From an uncultured Gammaproteobacteria bacterium (GTDB lineage: Bacteria; Pseudomonadota; Gammaproteobacteria; UBA9214): a stretch of 64,000 nt of DNA. Positions 9,829 to 21,169 of the stretch are shown piece by piece. Under the pieces are notes generated by a model, which saw only the letters and a program-made list of their open reading frames with translations, did no database searches and was not told the DNA's origin. The first letter of the stretch is position 1. Every line of letters starts with the position of its first letter. The position numbers and the translations under genes were made by a program. The stretch covers positions 179,578-243,577 of the forward strand of contig CAVYZN010000009.1 of the NCBI GenBank assembly GCA_963773065.1, in the 5' to 3' direction.

Positions 9829-10155
9829 TCAGATATTGCTGTCGATGAATGCGGTCAGTTGCGACTTGGAGAGCGCGCCCACCTTGGTTGCTTCGACGTT
9901 GCCGTTCTTGAACAGCATCAGCGTGGGTATGCCGCGTATGCCGTACTTGGGTGGAGTCTGCGGGTTGTCATCGATATTGAGTTTGGCTACCTTGATTTTG
10001 CCGGTGTATTCGCTGGCAATTTCATCGAGTATCGGCGCAATCATCTTGCAGGGGCCACACCATTCCGCCCAGTAGTCGACCAGCACGGGAGCAGAAGCGT
10101 TGAGGACTTCGGTTTCAAAGTTATCATCTGTCACGTAAATGATGTTGCCACTCAC
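9829..10155 (-). CDS. trxA: Thioredoxin 1
   Basis: WAEWCGPCK active site; trxA-rho synteny. Confidence 0.97.
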   Translation of the reverse strand: MSGNIIYVTDDNFETEVLNASAPVLVDYWAEWCGPCKMIAPILDEIASEYTGKIKVAKLNIDDNPQTPPKYGIRGIPTLMLFKNGNVEATKVGALSKSQLTAFIDSNI

Positions 10156-10420
10156 AGTTCGATGTCTCCTGCCTGATTACATGCAACCTGATAATTCACC
10201 ACCATGCCGCGTGCATTGCCACGCCCGTAATGTTCTTATCAATTTGGAATGTAGCCGGTTAGGCATGGCGAGGCGCCGTCCGCTAGAACAGCTTGACCGG
10301 CCTGGTGACGGGTGTGTGCCTGTATCAATTGCGTCACATGTCAACTAATAGCGCATTTGAGCTTAATTCGAATCATTTTACAAGCCCGAAAAACAATAAA
10401 TTACGGTATCCTAGACGGCC

Positions 10421-11713
10421 ATGAGTGAAACCCATTTAACGGATATATCCTTCTCCGATCTCGATATACCTGCCGTGCTGATGCAAGGTATTGATGAAGC
10501 GGGGTTTTCAAAATGCACGCCGATACAGGCGGAAACCTTGCCGCTGGCCTTGCAGGGCAGGGATGTTGCCGGACAGGCGCAGACGGGTACCGGGAAGACG
10601 GCCGCGTTCCTGATCGCGGTTTACAAACGCTTGTTGACCCATCCGGCCGATGGGAAACGCAAACCTTCACAGCCGCGGGCGCTGGTGGTGGCGCCGACAC
10701 GCGAACTGGCCATCCAGATTCATTCGGACGCCGTGGTGTTGGGTCGCCATACGGGTCTGAAGCCGGGCCTCGCCTATGGCGGGACCGGTTATGACACCCA
10801 GCGCGAGACCATCGAGGCCGGCGTGGACATCCTGATCGGCACACCGGGCCGGCTGATCGATTACCACAAGCAGCATGTTTACGATCTGAAGAAAATTACC
10901 GCGATCGTGCTGGATGAAGCGGACCGGATGTTCGATCTGGGTTTCATCAAGGATATACGTTATCTGCTGCGCCGCTGTCCGCCGCCGGAACAGCGGCTCG
11001 GTCTGTTGTTTTCGGCGACACTCTCGCACCGGGTAACCGAGCTTGCCTATGAGCACATGAACAATCCGGTGCAGGTCGATATCGAACCGGAGCGGGTGAC
11101 GGCTGCACGCGTGCGGCAGGTCCTTTACCACATCTCGAATGATGAAAAGATCCCCCTGCTGGTCAGCATACTCAAGCACGTAGACCCCAACCGCAGCATC
11201 GTATTCGCCAATACCAAGCGCGGCGCCGAGCAAATCTGGGCCTATCTGGAAGGCAACGGGTTCAAGAGCGCCGTCTTATCGGGCGATGTGCCGCAGAAGA
11301 AGCGGCAACACCTGCTGCGGGAGTTTCAGCAAGGCGATCTGCCGATACTGATCGCCACCGATGTCGCCGCGCGCGGCCTGCACATCCCCGATGTCAGCCA
11401 TGTTTTCAATTATGACCTGCCGCAAGATGCCGAGGACTATGTCCATCGCATCGGCCGCACCGCGCGGGTCGGCAAGGATGGCGATGCCGTCAGTTTTGCC
11501 TGTGAAGAGTTTGTCTATTCACTGCCGGACATAGAGGAGTATATTGGACAAAAGATCAGGGTGGAGCCGGTGCCCGAGGGATACATCCAGGAACTCGACC
11601 CGCCGGTCAAGATAAGGCGCGAGGGTGGGCAGGGCCGCCGGGGAAAAGCACAGCACAAGCCGGGAAACAAGGGTTCCGGGCCAAAACATAAGCGACGCTC
11701 CAGGCACGGATAA
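10421..11713 (+). CDS. rhlB: ATP-dependent RNA helicase RhlB
   Basis: [22 protein letters not shown] and HRIGRT motifs; divergent from trxA. Confidence 0.93.
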   Translation: MSETHLTDISFSDLDIPAVLMQGIDEAGFSKCTPIQAETLPLALQGRDVAGQAQTGTGKTAAFLIAVYKRLLTHPADGKRKPSQPRALVVAPTRELAIQIHSDAVVLGRHTGLKPGLAYGGTGYDTQRETIEAGVDILIGTPGRLIDYHKQHVYDLKKITAIVLDEADRMFDLGFIKDIRYLLRRCPPPEQRLGLLFSATLSHRVTELAYEHMNNPVQVDIEPERVTAARVRQVLYHISNDEKIPLLVSILKHVDPNRSIVFANTKRGAEQIWAYLEGNGFKSAVLSGDVPQKKRQHLLREFQQGDLPILIATDVAARGLHIPDVSHVFNYDLPQDAEDYVHRIGRTARVGKDGDAVSFACEEFVYSLPDIEEYIGQKIRVEPVPEGYIQELDPPVKIRREGGQGRRGKAQHKPGNKGSGPKHKRRSRHG

Positions 11714-11753
11714 CCAGCAACCGGGTGAAGCACGCGGCAAAGACCTCTTGAGA

Positions 11754-12665
11754 ATGAAGGCGCTAACACTACAGTCAACCGACCTGCTGCGCTTGATGCA
11801 GAGCGACTGGGCACGGCATGCCATCAGGCTTCTCAACCTGCTGCTGGTCGTGTGGATCGCCTGGCTGCTGGCGGCGACGACCTGGAGTATCTTCAACAAG
11901 ACGCAACCGGTTGAGACCGCGCCGCCTGAAGCCGTACCGGTCACGCCGCAGGTCAATCAACAGGAAGAACTGGTACGCCAACTGCCGAACTGGCATCTCT
12001 TTGGCGAGGCCGCGCAAGAGGCGGAACCCGTCAAGCAGGCCGTGCCTGTCGATGCGCCGGATACCCGTCTCAAACTGATATTGCACGGCACTTTTTCCTC
12101 TGCCGATCCCGAGCTTGCCCGCGCCATCATCGCCGATGAACGCGGCAATGAGGAAATGTATGCGAAAGGGGATATCCTGCCCGGCGATGCCGAACTCAGT
12201 GAGATCCAGTCAGACAAGGTGATCCTGCTGCGTGGCGGGCGTTACGAGACACTGCGTCTGCCGCGTGAAGAGACAGCGGGTGGCGGTACGATCATCAGTG
12301 TCGCAACCGAGAGCACGTACAGCCCGGAAACCGTGGACAACGATACCTCGGAACGTCTGCAATCGTTGCGACAGAACCTGAAGCGGAATCCGAACTCACT
12401 TTTCGGTCTGGTGCGAACCATCCCGAAAAAGGATGATCACGGCAAGATGATCGGCTATACACTGCAGCCAGGCAGGGAACCGGAGCTGTTCGAGCAGATG
12501 GGACTCAAGCCCGGTGATATAGTCACCCGGCTAAATGATATCAGCCTGGATAATCTGGCCAGTGGCATGCAGGCCCTGAAAAGTGCCCAGAGCGGCGACA
12601 CTGTCAGCATGACGGTGCTGCGGGGTAATCAGCAGCAAACCCTGACCTTCAGAATGCCTGATTAG
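11754..12665 (+). CDS. gspC: Type II secretion protein C (HR plus PDZ domains)
   Basis: TM helix, WHLFG, APDTRLKLILHG, RGGRYETLRL, C-terminal PDZ; start uncertain (ATG 11754 or later). Confidence 0.88.
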   Translation: MKALTLQSTDLLRLMQSDWARHAIRLLNLLLVVWIAWLLAATTWSIFNKTQPVETAPPEAVPVTPQVNQQEELVRQLPNWHLFGEAAQEAEPVKQAVPVDAPDTRLKLILHGTFSSADPELARAIIADERGNEEMYAKGDILPGDAELSEIQSDKVILLRGGRYETLRLPREETAGGGTIISVATESTYSPETVDNDTSERLQSLRQNLKRNPNSLFGLVRTIPKKDDHGKMIGYTLQPGREPELFEQMGLKPGDIVTRLNDISLDNLASGMQALKSAQSGDTVSMTVLRGNQQQTLTFRMPD

Positions 12666-12756
12666 CTGGTGTTTTGCTCGGTAATGCAGTATAAGCAACC
12701 GTTATATATGAGAATTTACGGGTTCTGAAGGCTCAGCGGATGTTGCAATACCAACT

Positions 12757-14811
12757 ATGAAAACTACCAGATACCTCGTGCTGATCGTGATGGCATGGTT
12801 TGTCCACGTGCCTCCGCTTTCAGCCGAAACGGTCACCCTCAACTTGAAGGATGCCGACATTGGCGCCTTGATCAGTACGGTCGCAGAGGTTACGAACAGG
12901 AATTTCATTGTAGACCCGAGGGTTAAGGGGAAGGTTACGGTTATCTCATCACGACCGATGGACAGCGAAGAGGTCTACCAGGTTTTCCTCTCCATACTCA
13001 AGGTGCACGGATTTGCCGCAGTCCCCAGTGGCGCGGTCATCAAGATCGTCCCGGATGTCAATGCCAAGCAGGAGGACATTCCGACCGTCACTGACAGGGA
13101 AACTGGCCAAGGTGATGAAATGGTGACTCGTGTCGTGGAGGTCAACAATGTGGCGGCGGCTCAACTGGTGCCGATACTGCGCCCGCTGGTGCCGCAGCAG
13201 GGCCATCTCGCGGCCTACCCAACAACCAATGTGCTGATAATCTCCGACCACGCGGCCAATGTGGAACGCCTGGTCAGTATCATCCGCCGTATCGACCAGG
13301 TCAGCGACAGCGAAATCGAGGTTATCCCGCTGCAACACGCCTCCGCGGCGGAAGTGGTGCGCGTCCTGACCAGCCTGCAGGCCGCACCGGGGGGTGCCGG
13401 CAAGGCACCGGGTGGTGGCGGCGAGGGTGGTGGTCCGGTATTGGTCGCCGATGAACGCACCAACAGTGTATTGCTGGGCGGCGGTCATGCCGACCGGCTC
13501 CGGTTGCGCGCCCTCATTTCACATCTGGATACACCGCTTGATACCGGTGGCAATACGGATGTGGTGTATCTCAATTACGCCGTAGCCAAGGATTTGGTGG
13601 CGGTGCTGACGGGGGTTGGCAAGGGTGGTGGGGAAGCGGCACAGCAGGGCAAGGCCAACGCGCCGAAGGGTGAGTTCGATATCCAGGCCGACGAGGCCAT
13701 GAATGCATTGGTCATTACCGCGCCACCGGATGTCATGCGTACCCTCAAGCGGATCATCAGCCAGCTCGACGTGCGCCGCGCCGAGGTGCTGGTCGATGCG
13801 GTCATCGCCGAGGTCTCCATGGATACGGCCCGTGAACTGGGCGTCCAATGGGTGTTCAGCGGTTTAAACAGCGGTAATGGCGTGAGTCCGGTCGGACTCA
13901 TCAATTTCACCAACACCGGCAACAATATCGCGGATGTCATCAACTCGGCCGTCGACGTGGTGAATGGCGGGACCGTCCCGACGCCCAAAGGCAACGTGCT
14001 ACTCGGCGGCGGCAAGATACAGAAGGACAGCAATTTCAACTACCTTGCCGTCATCAATATGCTGGCATCCGACAGCAATACCAACATCCTTTCGACTCCC
14101 ACGCTGGTGACCCTCGACAACGAGGAGGCCGAAATCATCATCGGCCAGAATGTGCCGTTTGTTACCGGTTCCTTCTCCAGTACCGGTACGGGCGGCACGA
14201 CCGGCGCCGCCACGGCGGTGAACCCGTTCCAGACCATCCAGCGTCAAGATGTTGGATTGACGCTCAAGATCAAGCCCCAGATCAACGAGGGTGACGCGCT
14301 GAAACTCGATATCGAACAGGAAGTCTCGAGCATTGCGCCAAGCATCGCCGGAGCCTCGGACATCATCACCAATAAACGATCCATCAAGACGGCGGTGATG
14401 GTGGGGGACGGCAATGTGGTGGTGCTGGGCGGTCTCATCCAGAAGCAGACCGACGAATCCGTACAGAAAGTCCCGCTACTCGGAGACTTGCCCGGCATCG
14501 GCGCCCTGTTCAGATCCAAGGCGGGGAAGGTGACCAAGACCAACCTGATGGTCTTCATCCATCCGGTGATACTCCGCGACTCGGCTGTTTCCGAATCGAA
14601 CACCAGCAGCAAGTACGATTACTTCCGGGCACTGCAGCTCAAGGAGGGCAAGGATGGCGTCAACCTCCTGCCGGGAGAGCAAGCCCCGTTATTGCCGCAG
14701 TGGGGCGACACCAAGGCGCTTGGCCAGCCGCCGCTGGAGCCGCCACCGCCACCGCCACCGAAAAAGGACACGCAGCAGGGTTCATCGAGCCCTCACTGGT
14801 CCATGGAATGA
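12757..14811 (+). CDS. gspD: Type II secretion secretin D
   Basis: Signal peptide, LNLKDADI, FIVDPRVKGKVTV, TLDNEEAEI and KVPLLGDLP. Confidence 0.96.
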   Translation: MKTTRYLVLIVMAWFVHVPPLSAETVTLNLKDADIGALISTVAEVTNRNFIVDPRVKGKVTVISSRPMDSEEVYQVFLSILKVHGFAAVPSGAVIKIVPDVNAKQEDIPTVTDRETGQGDEMVTRVVEVNNVAAAQLVPILRPLVPQQGHLAAYPTTNVLIISDHAANVERLVSIIRRIDQVSDSEIEVIPLQHASAAEVVRVLTSLQAAPGGAGKAPGGGGEGGGPVLVADERTNSVLLGGGHADRLRLRALISHLDTPLDTGGNTDVVYLNYAVAKDLVAVLTGVGKGGGEAAQQGKANAPKGEFDIQADEAMNALVITAPPDVMRTLKRIISQLDVRRAEVLVDAVIAEVSMDTARELGVQWVFSGLNSGNGVSPVGLINFTNTGNNIADVINSAVDVVNGGTVPTPKGNVLLGGGKIQKDSNFNYLAVINMLASDSNTNILSTPTLVTLDNEEAEIIIGQNVPFVTGSFSSTGTGGTTGAATAVNPFQTIQRQDVGLTLKIKPQINEGDALKLDIEQEVSSIAPSIAGASDIITNKRSIKTAVMVGDGNVVVLGGLIQKQTDESVQKVPLLGDLPGIGALFRSKAGKVTKTNLMVFIHPVILRDSAVSESNTSSKYDYFRALQLKEGKDGVNLLPGEQAPLLPQWGDTKALGQPPLEPPPPPPPKKDTQQGSSSPHWSME

Positions 14812-14833
14812 GTATGACTGAGGCTGATCGCTG

Positions 14834-16339
14834 GTGGAAGAGGATGCGCCGTCGGCTGGTGGCGAGATGGCCCTTCGACGTCCGCCTTTTTTGTTTGCGA
14901 AACGTCATGGGGTGCTGGTTGCCGGCAAGCAAGACGGCAGGGTCATCGTAATGCACCGGGCTGACACGGATGCGCTGGCGTTGGTGGAATTGCGCCGTTT
15001 CATGCAACACCCCCTCACCCTGCAGCTCATCGATGACGAGCACTTCAAGAACATGCTGGCAGGCGCCTATGAGCAGGACTCCAGCGAGGCCATGCAGATG
15101 ATGGGAGACCTCGGCGAGGGCATGGACCTGTTCAGCATCGCCCAGCAACTGCCGGAACCGGAAGATCTGATGGAAAGCGAGGATGATGCGCCGATTATCC
15201 GCCTCATCAACGCCCTGCTGACCGAGGCCGTGAAGGAAAATGCCTCGGATATCCATATCGAACCCTTTGAAAATCGTCTGGTCGTGCGGTTTCGCGTTGA
15301 TGGCGTTCTGCGTGAGGTGATCGAGCCACAGCGCGTGCTGGCACCCCTGCTGGTGTCGCGCATCAAGGTTATGGCGCGTCTCGATATCGCGGAAAAACGT
15401 CTGCCGCAGGATGGCCGGATATCGCTGAGGGTCGCCGGTCGCGCCGTCGACGTGCGTGTCTCGACCTTACCCTCGGGCAATGGCGAACGCGTGGTGTTGC
15501 GCCTGCTCGACAAGCGGGCCGGGCATCTGGACCTCGAGCATCTCGGGATGGCGTCCCCTACCAGGGATGTGATAGACGGCATGATCAACAAGCCTCACGG
15601 GATTATCCTGGTGACCGGTCCGACCGGTTCCGGCAAGACCACAACCCTGTATGCGGCGCTGGAACGGTTGAACAACAAGCGCCGTAACATCATGACGGTC
15701 GAAGACCCCATTGAATATTATTTGGATGGCATTGGCCAGACCCAGGTAAACACCAAGGTTGAGCTCACTTTCGCACGTGGGCTGCGCGCCATCCTGCGCC
15801 AGGACCCCGATGTGGTCATGGTCGGCGAGATCCGTGACTTGGAGACGGCGGAAATCGCCGTACAGGCAAGCCTGACAGGACACCTGGTATTTTCAACGCT
15901 GCATACCAACAGCGCCGTCGGCGCGATGACGCGCCTGCGTGACATGGGCGTCGAACCCTTTCTGTTGTCATCCAGTATGATTGGCGTACTGGCCCAGCGA
16001 CTGGTGCGGGTGCTGTGCGATGACTGCAAGCAACCCTATACCGCCGGCCACGCGGATTGTGATGCCCTGGGTGTCTCCACGGATAACCCGCCAACGCTGT
16101 ATCGTCCGGCGGGTTGCAGTCTCTGCAACCAGTTGGGTTACCGGGGAAGAACCGGCATCTATGAGCTGGTAAAAATCGATGATCCCATGCGCGCCATGAT
16201 TCATGATGGGCTCGGCGAGCATGAACTTGAACGCAAGGCGCGCGAGGACTCTCCCGGGATTCGTCAGGATGGCTGGGACAAGGTTCTGAACGGCGTCACC
16301 TCGATCGAAGAGGTACTGCGCGTGACCCGGGGCGACTGA
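14834..16339 (+). CDS. gspE: Type II secretion ATPase E
   Basis: [24 protein letters not shown], tetracysteine motif; true start may be ATG 14808 if a base is missing. Confidence 0.96.
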   Translation: MEEDAPSAGGEMALRRPPFLFAKRHGVLVAGKQDGRVIVMHRADTDALALVELRRFMQHPLTLQLIDDEHFKNMLAGAYEQDSSEAMQMMGDLGEGMDLFSIAQQLPEPEDLMESEDDAPIIRLINALLTEAVKENASDIHIEPFENRLVVRFRVDGVLREVIEPQRVLAPLLVSRIKVMARLDIAEKRLPQDGRISLRVAGRAVDVRVSTLPSGNGERVVLRLLDKRAGHLDLEHLGMASPTRDVIDGMINKPHGIILVTGPTGSGKTTTLYAALERLNNKRRNIMTVEDPIEYYLDGIGQTQVNTKVELTFARGLRAILRQDPDVVMVGEIRDLETAEIAVQASLTGHLVFSTLHTNSAVGAMTRLRDMGVEPFLLSSSMIGVLAQRLVRVLCDDCKQPYTAGHADCDALGVSTDNPPTLYRPAGCSLCNQLGYRGRTGIYELVKIDDPMRAMIHDGLGEHELERKAREDSPGIRQDGWDKVLNGVTSIEEVLRVTRGD

Positions 16340-16435
16340 TTTCCCGATTTCCTGCAAGCCATTGATTACCCCCTCAATCAGAAACTCAGGCCGTCTGTAA
16401 CCTCGGTCATGATCAAGCCAACTCGGCGTTGAACC

Positions 16436-17653
16436 ATGGGTGCATTCGAATATACGGCGCTGGATGCCCGCGGACGTGAGAAACGGGGCGTCCTCGAGGG
16501 CGATGCGGCACGGCAGATCCGTCAGCAGTTGCGTGAGCAGGGCTGGGTCCCGCTCACCGTGGAAGAGGTCGCCCAGCGCGAGGCGAAGGAGCGTAAACGT
16601 TACGCGTTCCTGCGGCGTGGCATAAGCGCCACGGAACTCGCCCTCATCACGCGCCAGCTCGCCACATTGGTGCGCGCCGGCCTGCCGCTGGAGGAATGTC
16701 TGCGGGCCGTGTCGCAGCAGGCGGACAAGGGACGTTTGAAGAGTATGCTGCTCGCGGTGCGCGCGCGCGTGATGGAAGGCCATTCCCTGGCGGTAGGCCT
16801 GTCAGACTTCCCCTATGTCTATCCTGAGTTGTACCGGACGACGGTTGAGGCCGGTGAACAGTCCGGTCACCTGGAGCGGGTGCTTGAGCGGCTGGCCGAT
16901 TACACGGAGAGCCGCCAGCAGATGCGTCAGAAAATCCAACTGGCGGTGTTTTATCCGGCGTTGCTGACCGTGGTTGCCATCCTGGTCGTGGGCGGTCTGA
17001 TGACCTACGTGGTACCCCAGGTGGTGCAGGTATTCGAGAACATCGGCCAGGAACTGCCGCCCCTGACGCGGGGGCTGATCGCCATCAGCGCTTTTCTGCG
17101 CAATTACGGATTGGTGATGCTCGTGCTGCTGGTGCTGGCGGTTATCGGCTTCGGTTACTTGCTGCGCAATGAAGCCGTGCGGCGCCGTTTTCACAAGATC
17201 CTGCTGGTCATTCCCCTCGTTTCACGGCTGGAACGCGGTCTTAACACGGGGCGCTTCGCGCGTACCTTCAGCATTCTTACAGCCAGCGGCGTGCCGGTGC
17301 TCGATTCGATGCGCATATCGGCACAGGTGATGTCAAATATTCCCATGCGGGAGGCGGTTGCAGAGGCTTCCGAGCGGGTACGTGAAGGTGCAGGGATTGC
17401 CGCGGCGCTGGAAAGGAGCGGCTATTTTCCGCCCATGATGGTGCAACTGATAGCCAGCGGTGAAGCCAGCGGCAAGCTGGATGAAATGCTGGAGCGTGCG
17501 GCAATCAACCAGGAACGCGAGATCGAGGCCCTGGTTGCCGCGTTACTAGGCTTGTTCGAACCGCTGCTGATACTTTTCATGGGCAGCGTCGTGCTGATCA
17601 TCGTTCTGGCCATACTGCTGCCAATTTTCGATCTGAACCAGTTGATTCAGTAA
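16436..17653 (+). CDS. gspF: Type II secretion inner-membrane protein F
   Basis: MGAFEYTALD, TRQLATLVRAGLPLEE, AGEQSGHL, LLPIFDLNQL. Confidence 0.96.
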   Translation: MGAFEYTALDARGREKRGVLEGDAARQIRQQLREQGWVPLTVEEVAQREAKERKRYAFLRRGISATELALITRQLATLVRAGLPLEECLRAVSQQADKGRLKSMLLAVRARVMEGHSLAVGLSDFPYVYPELYRTTVEAGEQSGHLERVLERLADYTESRQQMRQKIQLAVFYPALLTVVAILVVGGLMTYVVPQVVQVFENIGQELPPLTRGLIAISAFLRNYGLVMLVLLVLAVIGFGYLLRNEAVRRRFHKILLVIPLVSRLERGLNTGRFARTFSILTASGVPVLDSMRISAQVMSNIPMREAVAEASERVREGAGIAAALERSGYFPPMMVQLIASGEASGKLDEMLERAAINQEREIEALVAALLGLFEPLLILFMGSVVLIIVLAILLPIFDLNQLIQ

Positions 17654-17884
17654 ACCTGGCCTGTTCCTTCATGGCCTCGGGATTCTTTGAAAGCATCGAT
17701 GGTGGGCGTGAAGCGTGCGACATGAGACGGAAATATTGATTTCTGAACAAGGTTGGTGAGAATCCTTCTTTTCACTCCTCACCTTTCACGAATCCCTTCA
17801 CGATTGGCGTATGCGAGCGGTAAAAGTTTCTTGCGGCGGAAACCGTTCCTGCGGCTGATCTATTACGTGGCGATCGACTGTTTG

Positions 17885-18724
17885 TTAATAGCCGGCTGAG
17901 GCGAAGTCAACGGCGTCGGGAATCTTGGCCAGGCGTTCCACGCCGGTCTCGATGCCCCCATCTTCTAACAGCGACAACCACCGGTAACCGGGTGCCGCCT
18001 CGTCGACAGCGAACGCTGCGCTCATCGGCAGAAACTGAATACAGGTGGATGGTGAGGCCATCAGTCTGACATGCTTGCGCATGCGATCGAATCGCTGATG
18101 GACATGCCCCCAGAGTATTCCGCGCACCTGCGGGTGCCGGTCGATGATGGTGAAAAAGTCATTGGCATTGTCTACCGCCATGCTGTCAAGCCAGCGGCTT
18201 CCCATCATGACAGGCTGGTGATGCAGGCAGACCAGCGTGTGCGTTTCCGGCGCCGACTGTAGATGTGTTTCCAGCGCATGTAATGCGGCGGCGTTCAGAT
18301 GCCCGCCTTCACTGCCCGGCATGGTCGAATCCAGGAAGATGAAATGCCAGTTCCCATGGTAGGCGTGCTCGACATAATGAAGCAGGCCTTTATTCATGGT
18401 GTTCCGCAGTGTTACGGCTTCATCATGATTGCCCGGCAGACAGTAGACCGGGATGCCAAGACTCTTCAGGTGGGAATAAATTCGCTGGTAGGCGGCCGGT
18501 GCGCCATCATGCGCCAGGTCTCCTGTTGCCAGGACGAGATCTGCCGGCATATGCAGAGCACGGACGCTGGCAATGACCGATTTCAGCGACTGTTCCGTGT
18601 TAAGTCCCAGCAAACATCCACGGCTGTCCGCATAGAGGTGGGTATCGGTAATCTGTATTACCTTGAGTGCCCGCCTGGATTTCGGGTGAGCGGTGATGTT
18701 GGCCATTCCTGTATGTTCTCGCAT
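17885..18724 (-). CDS. cpdA: 3',5'-cyclic-AMP phosphodiesterase (class III metallophosphoesterase)
   Basis: DTH, TGD, PGNHD, HH, GHVHQ and SPSTCIQF motifs; start uncertain. Confidence 0.9.
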   Translation of the reverse strand: MREHTGMANITAHPKSRRALKVIQITDTHLYADSRGCLLGLNTEQSLKSVIASVRALHMPADLVLATGDLAHDGAPAAYQRIYSHLKSLGIPVYCLPGNHDEAVTLRNTMNKGLLHYVEHAYHGNWHFIFLDSTMPGSEGGHLNAAALHALETHLQSAPETHTLVCLHHQPVMMGSRWLDSMAVDNANDFFTIIDRHPQVRGILWGHVHQRFDRMRKHVRLMASPSTCIQFLPMSAAFAVDEAAPGYRWLSLLEDGGIETGVERLAKIPDAVDFASAGY

Positions 18725-18863
18725 TCGATGTCTATACTGTACACGGCATATAAACAGGGAATGTGACGTTGGTACAGGTTTTCACGGCATGTTCCAGTGT
18801 GAAGCAATACTACCTGCGATGCTATCGCGGAAATGTCCGAAATTCACGGAAAAAGTACCCACC

Positions 18864-19526
18864 ATGTCAAACAAAACGCTGCCTCTCGACGATGCACTCT
18901 ATGAGTATTTACTATCGGTTTCCCTGCATGAATCTGAAGTTCTGGCGCGTTTGCGGGAGGAGACGGCACGGGATCCGATGCGGCGCATGCAGATAGCACC
19001 GGAACAGGGGCAGTTCATGGCGTTGCTGGTGCGGATGATCGACGCGAGGAAATGCCTGGAAATTGGCGTTTATACCGGTTACAGCGCGCTCTGTGTGGCA
19101 CAGGCATTGCCGGTTGACGGCAGGCTGCTGGCCTGTGATGTCAGCAAGGAATGGACGGCCATCGCCCGGCGCTACTGGGCCGAGGCGGGAGTCCTCGACA
19201 AGATCAATTTGCGGCTGGCCCCGGCGTTGCAGACACTGGACGGCTTGATAGATGCGGGCGAGGAGGGCAGCTTTGATTTCGCCTTTATCGATGCTGACAA
19301 GGAAAATTACCGTAACTACTACGAACGTACCCTGCGCTTATTGCGCCCCGGGGGGCTGGTTGCCATCGATAATACCCTCTGGTCTGGTGATGTCGCGGAC
19401 CCCGGCAAGCAAGACCTGGAGACGCAGGCGATCCGCGAACTGAACGAAGGTATTTACCGGGACAGCCGAGTTGATATGAGCTTGCTGCCGCTTGCGGACG
19501 GTCTGACGCTGGCTCTTAAGAGATAA
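18864..19526 (+). CDS. Class I SAM-dependent O-methyltransferase (caffeoyl-CoA OMT-like)
   Basis: MQIAPEQGQF, LEIGVYTGYS, FIDADKENY, DNTLWSG. Confidence 0.9.
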   Translation: MSNKTLPLDDALYEYLLSVSLHESEVLARLREETARDPMRRMQIAPEQGQFMALLVRMIDARKCLEIGVYTGYSALCVAQALPVDGRLLACDVSKEWTAIARRYWAEAGVLDKINLRLAPALQTLDGLIDAGEEGSFDFAFIDADKENYRNYYERTLRLLRPGGLVAIDNTLWSGDVADPGKQDLETQAIRELNEGIYRDSRVDMSLLPLADGLTLALKR

Positions 19527-19558
19527 TCCGGAGTTCCCGCCGGCAGTCTGATTCCCGG

Positions 19559-20902
19559 TTACCGGCTGTCGCGTGTGTTTTGGAGCGTCTTTATGTACAC
19601 GCGGGACTTGCGCTGGTAGTTATAGAGACTCTGTTTGCGCGCCGGCAACTGCGAGGTGTCGCCAGGCAAGAAACCGCGTTCACGAAACCAGTGTGCGGTC
19701 CGTGTGGTCAGCACAAACAACCTGTCGATCCCGCTGCGCACCGCCCTGTCCTCAATGGCCTTCAACAGGGCGTCTCCCCGGCCATGATTGCGGTAATCCT
19801 CGTGCACCGCGAGACAGGCGAGTTCCGCGAGCCTGTCATCCTCGGCCGGATAAAGCGCCGCGCAGGCGATGATGGTCCCGTCGCGTTCTATGAGGTGAAA
19901 ATGGCTGATTTCGATTTCCAGCAGCTCCCTGGAACGCTTCACCAGGATGCCCTCGTCTTCCAGCGGCTTGATGAGCTCAAGAATACCGCCGACATCCTCG
20001 ATGGTTGCCGTGCGCAACCCCTCATAGGTCTCCGCCGTGATCAGCGTACCGCTGCCGTCGCGCGTGAACAATTCAAGCAACAAGGCACCCTCCTTGCGGC
20101 GGCTGACGAGATGGACACGGCTGACGCCATGGCGACAGGCGCGCAAGGCATGCTCGAGATGCCTGAGCGTATCCTCGCCTAGCCGCCTCCTGGAATTCAG
20201 GAGTGCCGTTGCATCGGTGAGGGTGAGCTGGGATATCGGGTGGCGGCGGCTGTCTCTCAGTTCGGGACCCTCGGTCATCAGGATCAGCTTGTCGGCGTGC
20301 AACTCGGATGCCGCCGCGGTGGCAACTTCTTCCGCACTGAGGTTAAATACCTCGCCTGTCGGTGAGTAGCCCAGCGGAGACAGGAGGACTATCCTCTGGT
20401 CATCGAGGTGCTGCCGTATGGCGGCCCCATCGACCCGGCGTACTTCGCCGGTATGGCAGTAGTCGATACCATCACGGATGCCTAGCGGCCGCGCCGTAAC
20501 GAAATTTCCCGAGCTTGCGCGCAGGCGCGCCCCTGACATGGGGGTATTGGCAAGGCCCATGGAAAGGAGCGCCTCTATCTCGACACGCACGCTGCCCACC
20601 GCTTCCTTGACACAGGCCAGGGCGGCATCGTCGGTAATCCTCAGGCCATTGGCATATTCCAGCTTCGCGCGACGGGCTTTGAGTCTTGATTCAATCTGGG
20701 GACGTGCGCCATGCACCAGCACCAGATGTATACCCAGGCCGTGCAACAGCGCGATGTCATGCACCAGGCCGGAAAAGCGCGCATCCGCAACCGCTTCGCC
20801 GCCAAAGGCCAGCACGAAGGTTCGCCCGCGATGTGCATGAATATACGGCGCCGATTGGCGGAAGCCCTCAATGAAGCAGATTTGCCGATCTTTTTCAGTC
20901 AT
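19559..20902 (-). CDS. argA: Amino-acid N-acetyltransferase (N-acetylglutamate synthase)
   Basis: FRQSAPYIHAHRGRTFV kinase-like domain plus C-terminal GNAT (LTTRTAHWFRERGF). Confidence 0.95.
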   Translation of the reverse strand: MTEKDRQICFIEGFRQSAPYIHAHRGRTFVLAFGGEAVADARFSGLVHDIALLHGLGIHLVLVHGARPQIESRLKARRAKLEYANGLRITDDAALACVKEAVGSVRVEIEALLSMGLANTPMSGARLRASSGNFVTARPLGIRDGIDYCHTGEVRRVDGAAIRQHLDDQRIVLLSPLGYSPTGEVFNLSAEEVATAAASELHADKLILMTEGPELRDSRRHPISQLTLTDATALLNSRRRLGEDTLRHLEHALRACRHGVSRVHLVSRRKEGALLLELFTRDGSGTLITAETYEGLRTATIEDVGGILELIKPLEDEGILVKRSRELLEIEISHFHLIERDGTIIACAALYPAEDDRLAELACLAVHEDYRNHGRGDALLKAIEDRAVRSGIDRLFVLTTRTAHWFRERGFLPGDTSQLPARKQSLYNYQRKSRVYIKTLQNTRDSR

Positions 20903-21169
20903 GACCCGATGTTCCTTAGCCTGTGTTTATAGCAAGCCAACACGCCAGGCACAATTGATTTTATCTGCCCATGGGGCGGCTTGATCGTTTGCCGTGACGG
21001 CAATGGTTCCCGGGTGCACGCCAGTATCCTTGGTGAAGTGACGGCATCACCCGCCTCTATTCTGGAGGGACCGCGATCACTCACGGCGCTGGTGGTGCGC
21101 AGACATTAAAACCCATTAAGGGTTGCCGGAAGCGAATTTACCTGCCAGTCCTGCGGTAACCTGGTGATA

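Noticed and set aside
17700-17805. Further copy of the repeat cassette after gspF
   Set aside because: Only weak heptamer-like remnants (tttcac/ctcac); too decayed to support a call.
18760-18782. CRP/Vfr site upstream of cpdA
   Set aside because: Only one TGTGA half-site; the second half does not match at the right spacing.
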